Part shown: positions 27,050 to 40,015 of the stretch, piece after piece
How the letters are laid out: every line of letters starts with the position of its first letter
Position numbering within the stretch: position 1 is the stretch's first letter
NCBI RefSeq assembly: GCF_001194135.2
Contig: NC_068990.1
Span: 90,339,481 to 90,403,480 of the forward strand
From: Octopus bimaculoides
Taxonomy: Eukaryota
Direction: 5' to 3'
Length of the DNA: 64,000 nt
Notes under the pieces: model-generated
Database searches by the model: none
What the model was told of the DNA's origin: nothing
What the model saw: only the letters and a program-made list of their open reading frames with translations
Translations under genes and position numbers: made by a program

Positions 27050-27400
27050 TGAAGGGGATTAGGTTAAGTTTGCTTCCTAACCATATGTTTGCAGGTTCAG
27101 TTCCACTGCGTGGCTCCTTGGTCAAGTGTCTTCTACTATAAAACCGAGACGATTGAAGACTTTTGAGTGGATTTGGTAGACGGAAACCGAAAGAAGCCTA
27201 TCAGATATAAATGTGTGTCTACGTGTGCATGTGTATTGTGTATCTTTGTGATTCTGTATTTCGCGACACCGCTTGGTTTGTTTACGTTCCTGTAGTAACG
27301 TTACAGTTCAAAGAAAGACATGCTTATAATAAGTGTCAATCCCGTTTTAAAACAATTACTGGGATCGATTTGTTCGACTAACACCCTTAAAGGCGGTGCC
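27050..27400 (+). mobile_element. Family A SINE, degenerate
   Basis: ggttcagttccactgcgtggctccttggtcaagtgtcttctacta...gtggatttggtagacggaaaccgaaagaagcc...ttgttcgactaa. Confidence 0.85.
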
Positions 27401-28270
27401 CCCCCACCTATGCCTCCGTTGTAAATCATAAAACTATAAATGACGCAAGCGAACCATAGAACTGCTGCTGAGCAACGGTCATATTTTGCAGACGACTCTT
27501 CTTTTCTTAATTTTAATTGGCAAAATATTATTTCGGAGAATCTTGGCTACTATTATATCATGGCCACTTTATTGATTAACAGAATAAAGAAAGGAAAAGA
27601 ACCGATAACATTTTGAAAGAAATTAGCCGTTTGATCGGTAACAATACGAATTTAGTGGTGATTATATAATCGTTACTAATAATTTATTATTACCTCACTT
27701 TGGGATGCGGCAAAATTTTGTCGGAGATGTACAACGCCTAAATGCTGGCCATTAGCATTGAGACGCACGTGTATTCTTGCTTATTTAATATCAGCACTTA
27801 GCCATATATGGTATGAAAATCTCTAGCTATTTCTTTCAAATAACATCGCAAGTACACACACGCACACAGTCATATTATACAAACATATATATATAAATAC
27901 ACACACACATAATGATATCAGTATATATTGCTATGAATTATGACAAATATATTTGTATTCTTATAAGCTTATTGTTTGTCTTCTGGTTCTAGTAATATAC
28001 GATATGTAAACACACAGGTATTTGTTTTAAAGGAAAATATCTCGTTTATTTAAAAGCGAATTCATCGGGAGCGCAAACATTTGTTGTCGTAGTTTTTATA
28101 CATTTCTAAAAGCAAACGAACGAAATCTGCTAAATTGTTTGCAATATTGTATAGTATAAAAATATCTACGAATACTTTTCAAACAATCGTGCATTATATC
28201 ATGCCATACACCACAGACAATAGCATGTCACCACGAATATGAAATGCATGTATGTATGTATGTATGTATG

Positions 28271-28308
<38 letters not shown>

Positions 28309-28898
28309 TGTATATATATCCATATATATCCATACATATACACGTATATATATATTTATATATATGTACATATATATATATTTATATATATGTACATATA
28401 TGTATGTATATANNNNNNNNNNNNNNNNNNNNNNNNNNNNNNNNNNNNNNNNNNNNNNNNNNNNNNNNNNNNNNNNNNNNNNNNNNNNNNNNNATATATA
28501 TATATATATATATATATATAAGGGCATTACTACAGAATAATGCCACACACTAGACTTACCAAATAAACATATTTAGTACCGAATGCGAGGAAAGCAACTC
28601 GACTATGTATCGACCGATTTCTCGATTACTAGAATGAAATCTAGTTTCCGTCCATCAGCATAGTATAGTCCAAATGATATATAAATAAACAAAATCCTCA
28701 CCTCACCGAAACGTACACTCTACGTATAACCCACGAGAATGTATCGTAGCTCTTCACTCCGGCATTCGAAACTCCGAGTTTCGATGACAAACTTTTACTG
28801 TATAATGACAACCGTTTAATGTTTGCTTTAATTTATAACATATAAAATAATCCTCTGTTTCTACAAATATCGAAGCCGCATTCTTTAGTTGCTGTACA

Positions 28899-28983
<85 letters not shown>

Positions 28984-28989
28984 GCATAT

Positions 28990-29040
<51 letters not shown>

Positions 29041-29230
29041 CGTATGTATGTATATGTATATGTATATATATATATATACATGGACTTACACACGCGTAGA
29101 CACGCACACATACGATTTGGATCTTCCTCCTGTTATTGGTTAGATTATTCCTGTGACGAACACGTCTTTCAAGCGACTTAATCTGCTCAGAACACGCAAT
29201 CGCATTCACCCCACACACAGGCACACACAG

Positions 29231-29274
<44 letters not shown>

Positions 29275-30435
29275 GCGCACGCTCACGCATATGGCTGCAC
29301 ACGTATATGTTTAAAGAGAGGTGAATGCACATCCATATGTATTTATGTGTATAAATCTGCGTGTGATGCTTGCGTGTGTCTGCGTATTAGTGCCTTTGCG
29401 TGTGTTTGATTACGCCTTTCTATGCGAATGTACGCAACCTAAATATTGTTGTTCTTTAAATAGATAGCTACATTTATTCATACCGTATACGACTAAGTAC
29501 TAACACTACACAAACACGAAAGAATATTAATGTTCACCATTTACAACTTAGAATTTTTTTCCTATAAATTTTGCTATATTTCAAGGCATTGTATTATCGC
29601 AGAGTCAGAAGGCGTTAAAACAAAATATAGCCTAGTAACAATAACCATTATCTATACGTTCTGATGCATACTCTAACTCCTTGCAAAATGTTATCTGTTT
29701 GCGTGGAATGATAGAAACATTGTGAGCGCTTCATTTAATGAACAATGATAAGTCGTCAAATAACGTTGAAACATCTAAATTAATAGACGGACTAGTCAAC
29801 GGAATAGCGTTTTCATGTCACGCAACCGGCTACAAACTGCAGCCTATTCTCCATCAATTTTGCACTCCACTTTATATTAGTGAATAAAATTAAAACGTGT
29901 GATGTACTTTAAATGATTTGTCTGTCCTGTACATCACATGATACACAGGACGATGTTGGTCCTCTGCATTACATCATATATGATTAATGGCGTCCATGGA
30001 CCATACATGATACACTTTCCCAATTTCTTTTAAACACCACAAAAGCGAATTTTATATTACTCAGAATGTCTGAAACAAAAACTAATTAAATGTCTGAAAA
30101 CAAACAGACTTTTAGGATAAACTTGTGTATCTACACTTGACAAAGGGTTACCGATACTCACCATAAATATTTCTATGTACAATAGATCATTACGGAGTAA
30201 AACGTGTTCTTTGTATTCATTTATCCTGAATCATGTTGACATTCATTCGTCGTTTCCTTCTTCAGTATTATTTTTCTTCCATATCCAATTTATGTCTTCT
30301 TATTATAATTACTAGTTATATTATAGTTTTCATTATAGGTTATTGACATACAAACACAGCAACACCGGTTGTCAAGTGGTTGTGGTGCCGGGGTGACAAG
30401 CACAGATAGAAAGATACACATACATAGATATGCAT

Positions 30436-30510
<75 letters not shown>

Positions 30511-31081
30511 NNNNNNNNNNNNNNNNNNNNNNNNNNNNNNNNNNNNNNNNNNNNNNNNNNNNNNNNNNNNNNNNNNNNNNNNNNNNNNNNNNNNNNNNNN
30601 NNNNNNNNNNNNNNNNNNNNNNNNNNNNNNNNNNNNNNNNNNNNNNNNNNNNNNNNNNNNNNNNNNNNNNNNNNNNNNNNNNNNNNNNNNNNNNNNNNNN
30701 NNNNNNNNNNNNNNNNNNNNNNNNNNNNNNNNNNNNNNNNNNNNNNNNNNNNNNNNNNNNNNNNNNNNNNNNNNNNNNNNNNNNNNNNNNNNNNNNNNNN
30801 NNNNNNNNNNNNNNNNNNNNNNNNNNNNNNNNNNNNNNNNNNNNNNNNNNNATATATATATATATATACACATGTATTGCTGTTTATTTATGCATACATG
30901 CATATATACACATATATGCATATATACACATATATGTGCGGTTGTGCATGCTTGAGAGTATGGGTATGTATGTGTGGGTGGGTGTACTATAGTGTCACCC
31001 TTTTAATATTTGTTCTAAATTATAACATATATAAATATTCCTCTATTTCTCTAATATCGAGGTCTCATTCTTCTGTTGTTA

Positions 31082-31122
<41 letters not shown>

Positions 31123-31139
31123 GCATATATCTACTTTAT

Positions 31140-31400
31140 TTTCTTCCCTTCTTCTTAGCTCTCCTGTGTGACCCCTCTGTCCGGCATTCGCCATGATAGA
31201 TCACTACTAAACCTTTTTTTTTTCCTCTCCCTGTTTATTTCTGTGTTCCTTTGTGTCGAAGAGCGTAGGCTCGAAACGTAAAAGACTTTCTCATTTCCCG
31301 AGCGTTAAACTAATACCTCTGTTTGTTGTTTACACACCACGTCTTCGTCTTTTGTTTTTTCTTTTGTAAATTCTCACTATATATATATATATATATTTAT
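31140..31400 (+). mobile_element. Penelope-like terminal-repeat fragment ending in (TA)n
   Basis: Contains the hammerhead-like motif at 31249-31284 and ends ttctcactatatatat. Family assignment is by motif resemblance. Confidence 0.55.
31249..31284 (+). ncRNA. Minimal type I hammerhead-ribozyme-like motif, degenerate core
   Basis: CTTT [GTGTCGA] A GAGC-GTAG-GCTC GAAAC GT A AAAG. Stem I is CTTT/AAAG, stem II is GAGC/GCTC, and stem III is palindromic ACGT. The core differs from CTGANGA at two positions. Confidence 0.5.
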
Positions 31401-32001
31401 TTATTTATATGTAAATTCATATATAGATGCATACTTCCATATATATGTTTACATGCATATATGCAAATATATACTGAGAGAGGCAGAGTGACAGAAAATT
31501 AGTGAGAATGAAAAGCGGGGAAGCAAGAGAGAGCGAGATGTACTCACAAGCAGAACGAGTCATTTAGATGAATAAATAGATAGATAGGTAGATATTTTGC
31601 ACGTGTGCGTTCACACACGTATATGTTGCATGCTGTTTCATAAGTACACCTTGCTGCACGTGACTCCTGTGAAATATGATGTCAAAGGAATGTTAGCGAA
31701 AGACAGAAGAGAAGAAAAATAATACAAAGACTGCTTGTGTTTAAAAGAGAAGGAAACGAGAGGGAAGCAGCCGTAAGTGGAAGGGAAATAAAATGGCGTT
31801 GTTTCTAAAAACTAGTATTGAGTGATATCGAGTTGGGAGATAGGGATGTGGGAAGGCTTATATCAATGGTTCAACGGTGAGGTGTGTGTGTGGTGCGGTA
31901 GAAGAATGCAATTAGAATATCGCTGTCTATTGGTGAGGGTGATTACATGTGAAGTGGTACATGCATACACACCCTGACACATGGAGACATACACATACAT
32001 G

Positions 32002-32068
<67 letters not shown>

Positions 32069-32128
32069 GTGTATGTATATATATATATATATATATAAAC
32101 ATAACACACACATTCATATATGGATATG

Positions 32129-32167
<39 letters not shown>

Positions 32168-32342
32168 ATATATATAAGAATATGCATACTAAATGAAGTC
32201 TTTTATTCCATCTATCTTATTAATACTGTTACCCCAACCACCACTACGAAATTCCTGCAGTAAATCTACGGATAACAACAGGTAATCGAAACTGTGCCGG
32301 TGCTTTACTCATCATCTACTTATACATTTTGTATAATTTCTC

Positions 32343-32386
<44 letters not shown>

Positions 32387-33379
32387 ACATATATACTTAT
32401 ATATACAAATGTGTAAGCAAACAGAACAACTGCACACACTAAACACACATATATGCACACATCTCTTATACATACCACCACTTAAACACTCGTAACATTA
32501 TATACATATACATACACTTATATGACAAATTAGACCCGTATCCTTGTGACATCACACAAACACACACACACAAATAAAATAATCACATGCAACAAACTAA
32601 CACTTCAAAAGAGGACAGATAAACGCGAATGCTCAGTAGTAACGCAACACGCTTACTTCATGTGACCCTAGTAGCGCTAAAACACACGTAACGCTGTTTA
32701 CACACGTCTAAACTCGCATACACTTATAAGATTCATAAACTAATTTAGATGCAAATGCATTTGATACATGTTTGTACAATAGTAAGACATCCAGATGTGT
32801 GTATTTGAAGCACCTGTATGACTGTAACACTACAAAATCATACCATGATAGTGAGGCGAATTAGTAACCGTTGGAATGTCGGACAAGAAGTCTATAACAT
32901 AATATTCTGACCAGAACAGCAGTTTCAAATAATAGTCGTCGCCACCACCACCACCACCACCACAGAAGCAATACGTAATATCTACTTCGCGACTAAAGTG
33001 CAAATCAGTCGGTTTAAGGAACTCATATTTCGTCGGGGTATCAGTCTGTTGTAGTGCTGGAGCCAGACCCTTGCGCAAGGACGGGTGGCACTGCCTGGTT
33101 CAGAAACTGAACCCATGTCCTAATCCTTGTAAACCCTACTATCTAACCACCATGTTAGACGCCTTCACAGCAATATGTTATCTCTTCTGTTTTTCTTTAT
33201 ATCTTTTTACTTGTTTTATTCGTCACCCTGCAGCCATGCGAGGGCACCGCCTTCAAGGGGCGAATCCAACCAATAGTCCCCAGTACACATTTAATCTGTT
33301 TCTTTCGCCGAACCGATAAATTACTAGTTGTCAAGCAGTAGATGCACATACACACGCACACATACTCGATGGCTTTCAC

Positions 33380-33530
33380 ACACTGTTTCCTTCTACCAAA
33401 TTCACTCACAAGCCATTAGTTGGCTCGTAGCTACCGTAAAAGACACTGGCGCACGATGTCGCGGAGTGGGTCTGAACCCGCAGCCAACTGAGTGCAAAAG
33501 GAGCTTCTTAACCACACAGCCACGACCACA
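33380..33530 (-). mobile_element. Family A SINE 5' half, degenerate
   Basis: tttccttctaccaaattcactcacaag...gcttcttaaccacacagccac. Confidence 0.75.
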
Positions 33531-33739
33531 TAATTTATGTGAATTATACCAGCTATAAGAATTAAAATTACAACATGAAGAAAAACAATACAAGAATCTT
33601 TAGAGTGATTAGAATATTTTACAGGAATAACAATAGGTATAATTACTACGGCAATGTCTAGTAATGAATATAAGGTGCGCTAGGAAGGTAAGTTGCAGGA
33701 ATGAAATAATTGTGTCACCTGTCATTATTACTTTTCCTC

Positions 33740-33875
33740 TAGATTCACGTGTCAATACACATAATGTATGGTCATGTATATGTGTGTGTACAGATTTATA
33801 GATATATGCATTTGTATATATATATATATATATATATATATNNNNNNNNNNNNNNNNNNNNNNNNNNNNNNNNNN

Positions 33876-33922
<47 letters not shown>

Positions 33923-33981
33923 TTATACGTGTATGTATATATATATATACACATGTATATATATATTCATATATAAATGTA

Positions 33982-34012
<31 letters not shown>

Positions 34013-34037
34013 ACTCATGTACATACACACACATATA

Positions 34038-34077
<40 letters not shown>

Positions 34078-34831
34078 TGTACATATGTATATATATACAT
34101 GTACATAGAGACACACACATATATCATATATATATGTATAAATAATATATAAATATATGCATATATCCATACATATATGTACATACCTACATCTATATGT
34201 ATACATACATGCATGTATATACATGTGTGTGTGTATATACTCATATATGCACGTATCTTTCCTTGTATAAATACTTGCACGTGTGTTTGTTTAACACGCT
34301 CTCTCTCACTCTCTCTTTCTCTCTCTGTCTCAAACACACACACTCACACGCGAGCATATACTTATGCATGTATACATATATATACACACGGACATATATG
34401 CGCATGCATACGAACATACCAGCTGCATGCATGTGTGCACGTATGCGTGTAGGCATACGTAAATACAGGCATATGGCGCATGTATACATATTCAGCGACC
34501 TTACTAACACACTAACCAAAGATGGAACACAACGGATGTGAAGCCATTAAAAGGATTCTTGAAATGAATAATGTAAGAATTCCGATGACAGGCAGTGTCA
34601 TCGTTACCATCGCCTGCAGCTCTGCGCCATCGCGTCCTCCTCCGCTTCCTCCGCTTCCTCCTCTTCCTCCGCTTCCTCCTCTTCTTCCTCTTATCCTCAT
34701 CAATATCCTCATCTTTCTGCTCATGCTCATTGCTGTCGTCGTCATCATCTTCATCGTTGTCATCTTGTTGTCGTTAGCAACTCCGTTGTCATCGTCGTCG
34801 TCGTCGTCGTCGACGTCGTCGTCGTCGTCGG

Positions 34832-34865
<34 letters not shown>

Positions 34866-34948
34866 TTCATCAACATTATCATCATTATCGTCATTATCAT
34901 CACAATCATCAACATCATCATCATCATCATCATCATCATTGTCGTCAC

Positions 34949-35002
<54 letters not shown>

Positions 35003-35045
35003 AATCAACAACAACAACAGCAGCAGCAACAGCAGCAGCAGCATC
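33740..35045. repeat. Low-complexity block: (TA/TG)n, (CTTCCT)n, (GTC)n, (CAT)n, (CAA/CAG)n
   Basis: Direct reading. Confidence 0.9.
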
Positions 35046-35762
35046 ATTATGTTCTTAGGGCCTAAAGCAGAAGATTTTCCCCCTTGCGATAATATCAATG
35101 TCGTGCGATGAGATATTTGCATGTATGCGAAAAAGACGCGTATCAGCCATTTATCTGCATGCATATGTAGATATATGCTAAACTTTGACGCTTACTCATA
35201 TGCATACGCATATTCTGTTGTGTTTCGATACTTTTCACCGTATATTTAAAAGTACCTCTCTCTCTCCCTCTCTTTATAGTACTTCTCACTCACTCTTTCC
35301 CTCTTTATATATACATATAAAATTATAAATAACGATAGGAGTATACTATAATCAAAATGACTTTACCATTGGAAAGTCTTATGCAAAGACAATTGTTTCA
35401 TAGCTTAATAAAACATGTGTCGATAATTTATATTATTTTATTTTATGCATAATTAATCACTTACGTGTCTAAATTAATATATGTAAATGTAAGTAATTTG
35501 TTATTTATTATAAAATGCAATAAAGTAAATCATTTGTACATCTTAATTAAGGTGCGAAACGATTTTCGTTAAATAAGAATTTCCAATGGTGAAATAAATT
35601 TTATCATAGTATAAATCTCTCTGGCTATTTATAATTCTGCCCACTCTTTATGTTTTGCTGTTGTATCGTTGTACAGATGCTACATGTTTCGTGAAATGAT
35701 ACACTAAGAAGCTTTTTCCATGAGTGCCACCGGATTATTTGCACCTTTAGTTTCATAGCTCT

Positions 35763-35877
35763 TGTTGTTGTTGTTGTTGTTGTTGTTCTTCTTCTTCTTC
35801 TTCTTCTTCTTCTTCTTCTTCTTCTTCTTCTTCTTCTTCTTCTTCTTCTTCTTCTTCTTCTTCTTCTTCTTCTTCTA

Positions 35878-35919
<42 letters not shown>
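35763..35919. repeat. Compound (GTT)n-(CTT)n-(ATT)n microsatellite
   Basis: Direct reading; it forms the tail of the leftward tRNA-like arm. Confidence 0.95.
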
Positions 35920-35923
<4 letters not shown>

Positions 35924-36071
35924 TCACTGCCTGGAATCGATCTCGGAATCTTGGGGTTAGTAGACCGCGCTCTTAACCTCTAGGCCATATGCCCGTGGGC
36001 ATATGGCGTAGTGGTTAAGGGCGCGGACTACCAAACCCAAGATTCCGAGTTCGATTCCAGGCAGTGACCTG
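35920..36071. mobile_element. Palindrome of two divergent 75-bp tRNA-like heads (35920-35994 minus, 35997-36071 plus)
   Basis: Right arm gggcatatggcgtagtggttaagggcgcggactaccaaacccaagattccgagttcgattccaggcagtgacctg has an A box (TGGCGTAGTGG) and a B box (GTTCGATTC). The left arm is its reverse complement with 7 mismatches. The spacer is GT. Confidence 0.85.
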
Positions 36072-36285
36072 AATAATAGTAATAATAACAACATCGGAAA
36101 AATACCTTAGGAATGAGAAACCAGGTTCGAAATTTTACCCAAGATACCTGATCAAGGCTGGAGGGTATATCAGCCGAAATGTTGTGTTAACAACAAACAA
36201 GATGAGGACAAATATCCGTCAATTGTAAATAATGTAAATAATGTAAATAACGTACATAATTCCTCATCTCTTAAATATAGAACTG
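36072..36285 (+). mobile_element. Penelope-like terminal-repeat-type segment with hammerhead motif and (ATGTAAATA)n end repeats
   Basis: Hammerhead-like motif followed by attgtaaataatgtaaataatgtaaataacgtacataat. Confidence 0.55.
36143..36188 (+). ncRNA. Minimal type I hammerhead-ribozyme-like motif (PLE type), degenerate
   Basis: GATAC [CTGATCA] A GGCTG-gagggtatat-CAGCC GAAA T GT T GTGTT. Stem I is GATAC/GTGTT and stem II is GGCTG/CAGCC. The core has G8>C, and AATGTT replaces the palindromic AACGTT. The predicted cleavage site would be after 36183. Confidence 0.6.
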
Positions 36286-37337
36286 CTTTAACTTTGTATC
36301 CAACATACAACACTCGTCCATTTTTGAGCACAATGTAGTTAAATTATATAAAAGGAAAATAGTTCGCGAGAGCTTTGGAGAAACTTGACACTGTCTAAAC
36401 CGTGTTGAATTCATAAATTTCCGAAGTTTTAGTTATTATAACGAATGTTTAGAAAAGATATAATACAGAACAATGTTAAAAGCATTTGATACATCGAACT
36501 TAATTGTATCACCACTAATATATTTACTCGGTGTTGCTTTTGAATTTCTTGTAACAAGGAATATCCTGTATCTATCGTCTTTGTTGTCATTTTGATCGAG
36601 AAATTCACATTACGATTTCGAAAGAAAAGCGTTATTTAAACTCTCCATCGATTTCTTTTCAGTTTATCTCTATCGTTGTCAGATTAATGGATATTATACT
36701 ATGCGGGAATAAATATTACCGACTTATTGATTATTTTTTTGTTTTTGTTCAAGCATGAAATAAGAAACCAGTTAATAAATTGATGACATTTTGTCAATAG
36801 AAAAATGAACAGAAGTTTCCAGAATTTCTGAAGGATTGTTTAATACAATTAGCGGTCGCACATCTTTGAGAAGTTGAGAGACGGGTGACGGTGAACAAGG
36901 TCAAAGAATAAATTAACTAAGCTTTACAAGACTGGGATTATGGAGTATCTATCAGAGTTATTAATGTCAGTCAACTCTTTCACAAACACATGTTCTTGTT
37001 AAATAGTTTAGATATCTCTTTGTAAAATTCTCACTAATTCCATATCACTTCAAGTTCTCTCGAATCATTTCTTTCCAACTAATTTCGATTCTTTCTCCTC
37101 CTCGTTATTTCTCTCCTAGTCGATAACGAAGTGTAATTTCTTGGAACAGCGGGAAATAGTGTAATATTCGCAATGTTGCACATAGATCTCGCTAGAAAAT
37201 CAACTGCTTCGCTGCTCTTCTACGAATGATATATCTTCGAAATTCTCCTTGCTTTCAGAGTGAAATCATTCTAATTTGTGAAATTCTAGTCAGTTACTAA
37301 ATACCGATGCAGTCCATAGATATATGTGCTTCACTCT

Positions 37338-37540
37338 AAGGCGACCAGCTTGCAGAATTTTAGAGAGGCGAGGTAAAATGCTGGGGGGCATTTGTTCCAG
37401 CTCTTTCCATTCTGATTTCAAATTCTGCCGAGGTCAACATTGCTTTTTATCATTTCGGGGTTGAGAATGTCTAATACCAGTGAAATACTGTGGTAGGGGC
37501 TATCGACTATCCCTTAAAATTGTGGGCGCTGTGCCTAAAA
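37338..37540 (+). mobile_element. CORE-type SINE (family B), degenerate
   Basis: ttctgatttcaaattctgccgaggtcaacattgctttttatcatttcggggttg. Confidence 0.7.
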
Positions 37541-37783
37541 GTGTGTTGTGGTTTGTATTCGAACTCTTATATATGAGAAAATAAATTACTTCACAGTTAC
37601 AGCAATAAATCTGGTTGAGGCAATAATAGTACCTTACAACTGTAATCATTCATTTTAAAACTATGTTTCCAAACGCGTCACACGCGGTAACGGAATACAA
37701 ACTAGCGATATTTTGGCGACACAGTCATACAATATGACTGCAGTAACCAATACTCTTGTATTGATAATATAAGATTACGTTCA

Positions 37784-37970
37784 AGGCGGCGAAATGCTTA
37801 GCGGTACTTCGTCTGTCTTTATGTTCTGAGTTCAAAATACCCCGAGGTCGACTTTGCCTTTCATCCTTTCGGCGTCGGTAAATTAAGTACCAGTTGCGAA
37901 CTGGGGTCGATCTAATCGACTGGCTCCCTCCCCTAAAATTTCAGGCCTTGTGCCTAGAGTAGAAAAGAAT
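37784..37970 (+). mobile_element. CORE-type SINE (family B) with internal deletion in the head
   Basis: aggcggcgaaatgcttagcggtacttcg...gaggtcgactttgcctttcatcctttcggcgtcggtaaattaagtaccag. Confidence 0.9.
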
Positions 37971-38504
37971 TTAAGACTGCGTTCACATCTTTCTTTTCTA
38001 TTTCCTATATTCCAAAGCACACTGTTGTGAAAATTTCTCATCAACAAAATATAGAAGGAAATTTAATATTTGTCATGCACAGATGAGCATTGTATTAATT
38101 TGATGAAATGAAATTAGATCAGAATACAAACGGTAAGTTGGTGAAGACTTTTAATATCTCTGACAGAGGAATATGTTTGCTTAAAGAATATATTATAATT
38201 TATAATTCTTTAAATTAACATGAGTTGTAAAGTGTTGTTTTGACCGATTTCGAAGCAATGCTTGCAAAGCAATTTCATGGAGCAAACATTATCGATTCAA
38301 AATTACATTTTGTAGTGAATCGAATTCTGATTCTGATTTCGATTCACATGTGGGAAAAGCGCAGCATGCATGCCATGACGTTACATACAAGAAATATTTG
38401 AAACCATAAGACTCACAGGGGTAATTACCCGGTCGCCATGGAGCGTATGTGAGTGAGATGACTATGTATGCCCTGAATGGAACACCGGATTGATGCAGGG
38501 TGAC

Positions 38505-38515
38505 TGCACCATCAC

Positions 38516-38546
<31 letters not shown>

Positions 38547-38665
38547 GTCATCATCTTCATCATCATCATCATCATCATCGTTTCATTTCGTCGTCGTTGT
38601 CGTCGTCATCGTCCTCATCATCACCATCATCATCATCATCATCATCACCACCATCACCATCGAAC
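38505..38665. repeat. (CAT)n/(CGT)n microsatellite
   Basis: Direct reading. Confidence 0.95.
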
Positions 38666-39829
38666 TCACCGGCTCACCATCCCCATTTACTCAACGAGCG
38701 TGAAGAACAAGTGAAAGGAAAGAAGGTCGAATTATTTAATCAAAAGCAGATATTTCGCTCGTCAACTTCATAATTGACGTCCTTCTTTACAAATATATTC
38801 GATATATCCCGAGTAATTACGGCCAGCGGGCAAATAAAATTTCATTTCATTTAACTAATTTCGTACGATCGAGTAGCACGGATATCGCAATAAACTGTGC
38901 GGCGACCAAATTGTAAGATGAGTTTCATTATATGATTATTTGCACATTCTGTAGTAATGTAATAAAACTAATTCTAGATATGCTAATGAATGTTAGCATT
39001 CATCAAATCGAATGACGATTTTAATATCCGCTTTCATTATCTTTAATGTTTGCTATTTTAACTTTTCATATTGTTATAAAATTTTGATGAGCCAATATCA
39101 TTCTTCAAATAAATCGACAATTTATTACATGTCATTTCAAGATTCTTATTAACGTAAAAGTCGTTCGAGTACATAGAGAAGGCACAACAACAATAATAGC
39201 AATAATAAACTGCAACAGATAGAAGGATAACAGTAATAACCACGCCGACGATAAAACAGGCATTCAGAAAATAGCATCTCTCGAATGAGGAAGGGTTAGC
39301 TCTATGAATGACCCATGAAATTTCTACTCTGCTTCAGGAAAGTAGGGGCAAATAACTTGGATATATATCTTGAAAGAGAAGTAAAGTTATCAGGATACTT
39401 TGAGATAAAAGTCAGCCAAGGGATGCAGTCCGGTTTTTGTACTTAAACGAAACTATTAACGTTGTTACTAAGATCTTGAAAACAGGGGCGTTTTCTTTTC
39501 TTTTCTTTTTTTTTTTTCTGCGTCAGAACACCAGTCGCCAAACTGTTGTTGATGTTTAGAGTAAACTCTTGTGTGGTGCTGAGGCTACATTAGTCGGTGT
39601 TTCGTCAGGTGGTGAAGAAACTCTATTGGTGTTTCGGCCCCTTCCTGTGCAATACCAGAGCTTCCTGGGGCTACCTACCAAGATACAGAAACAATAGTTA
39701 AAACGATTCCACAGTCCTAAACTTCTAGCAGCGATCTTTTTACCCCCCTACATCTCTATCTCTGTTGTTAAGACGGTCTACTTAAGGCTCCATAATCCAA
39801 TATGCTCTTCATGCATTATGTCTGTGCTT

Positions 39830-40015
39830 CCATTGCTTGACAACCGATGTTGGTGTGTTCACGTCCCCGTAACTTAGCGGTGCGATAAAAGAAACCAATA
39901 GAATAAATACTAGGCTTACAAAGAGTAAATCTTGGGGTTGATTCGTTCGACTAAGGGCGGTGCTCCAGCATGGCCGCAGTCAAATTATTGAAACAAATGA
40001 AAGAATAAAAGAATA
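39830..40015 (+). mobile_element. Family A SINE 3' half
   Basis: ttgcttgacaaccgatgttggtgtgttcacgtccccgtaacttagcgg...ggcggtgctccagcatggccgcagtcaa. Confidence 0.9.

Noticed and set aside
28766-28786. Small hairpin TCGAAACTCCGAGTTTCGA
   Set aside because: An 8-bp stem without ribozyme core or repeat context; expected by chance.
38690-38920. CpG-containing unique stretch with TAAT motifs (possible enhancer)
   Set aside because: Short motifs are uninformative in AT-rich DNA without conservation or chromatin data.
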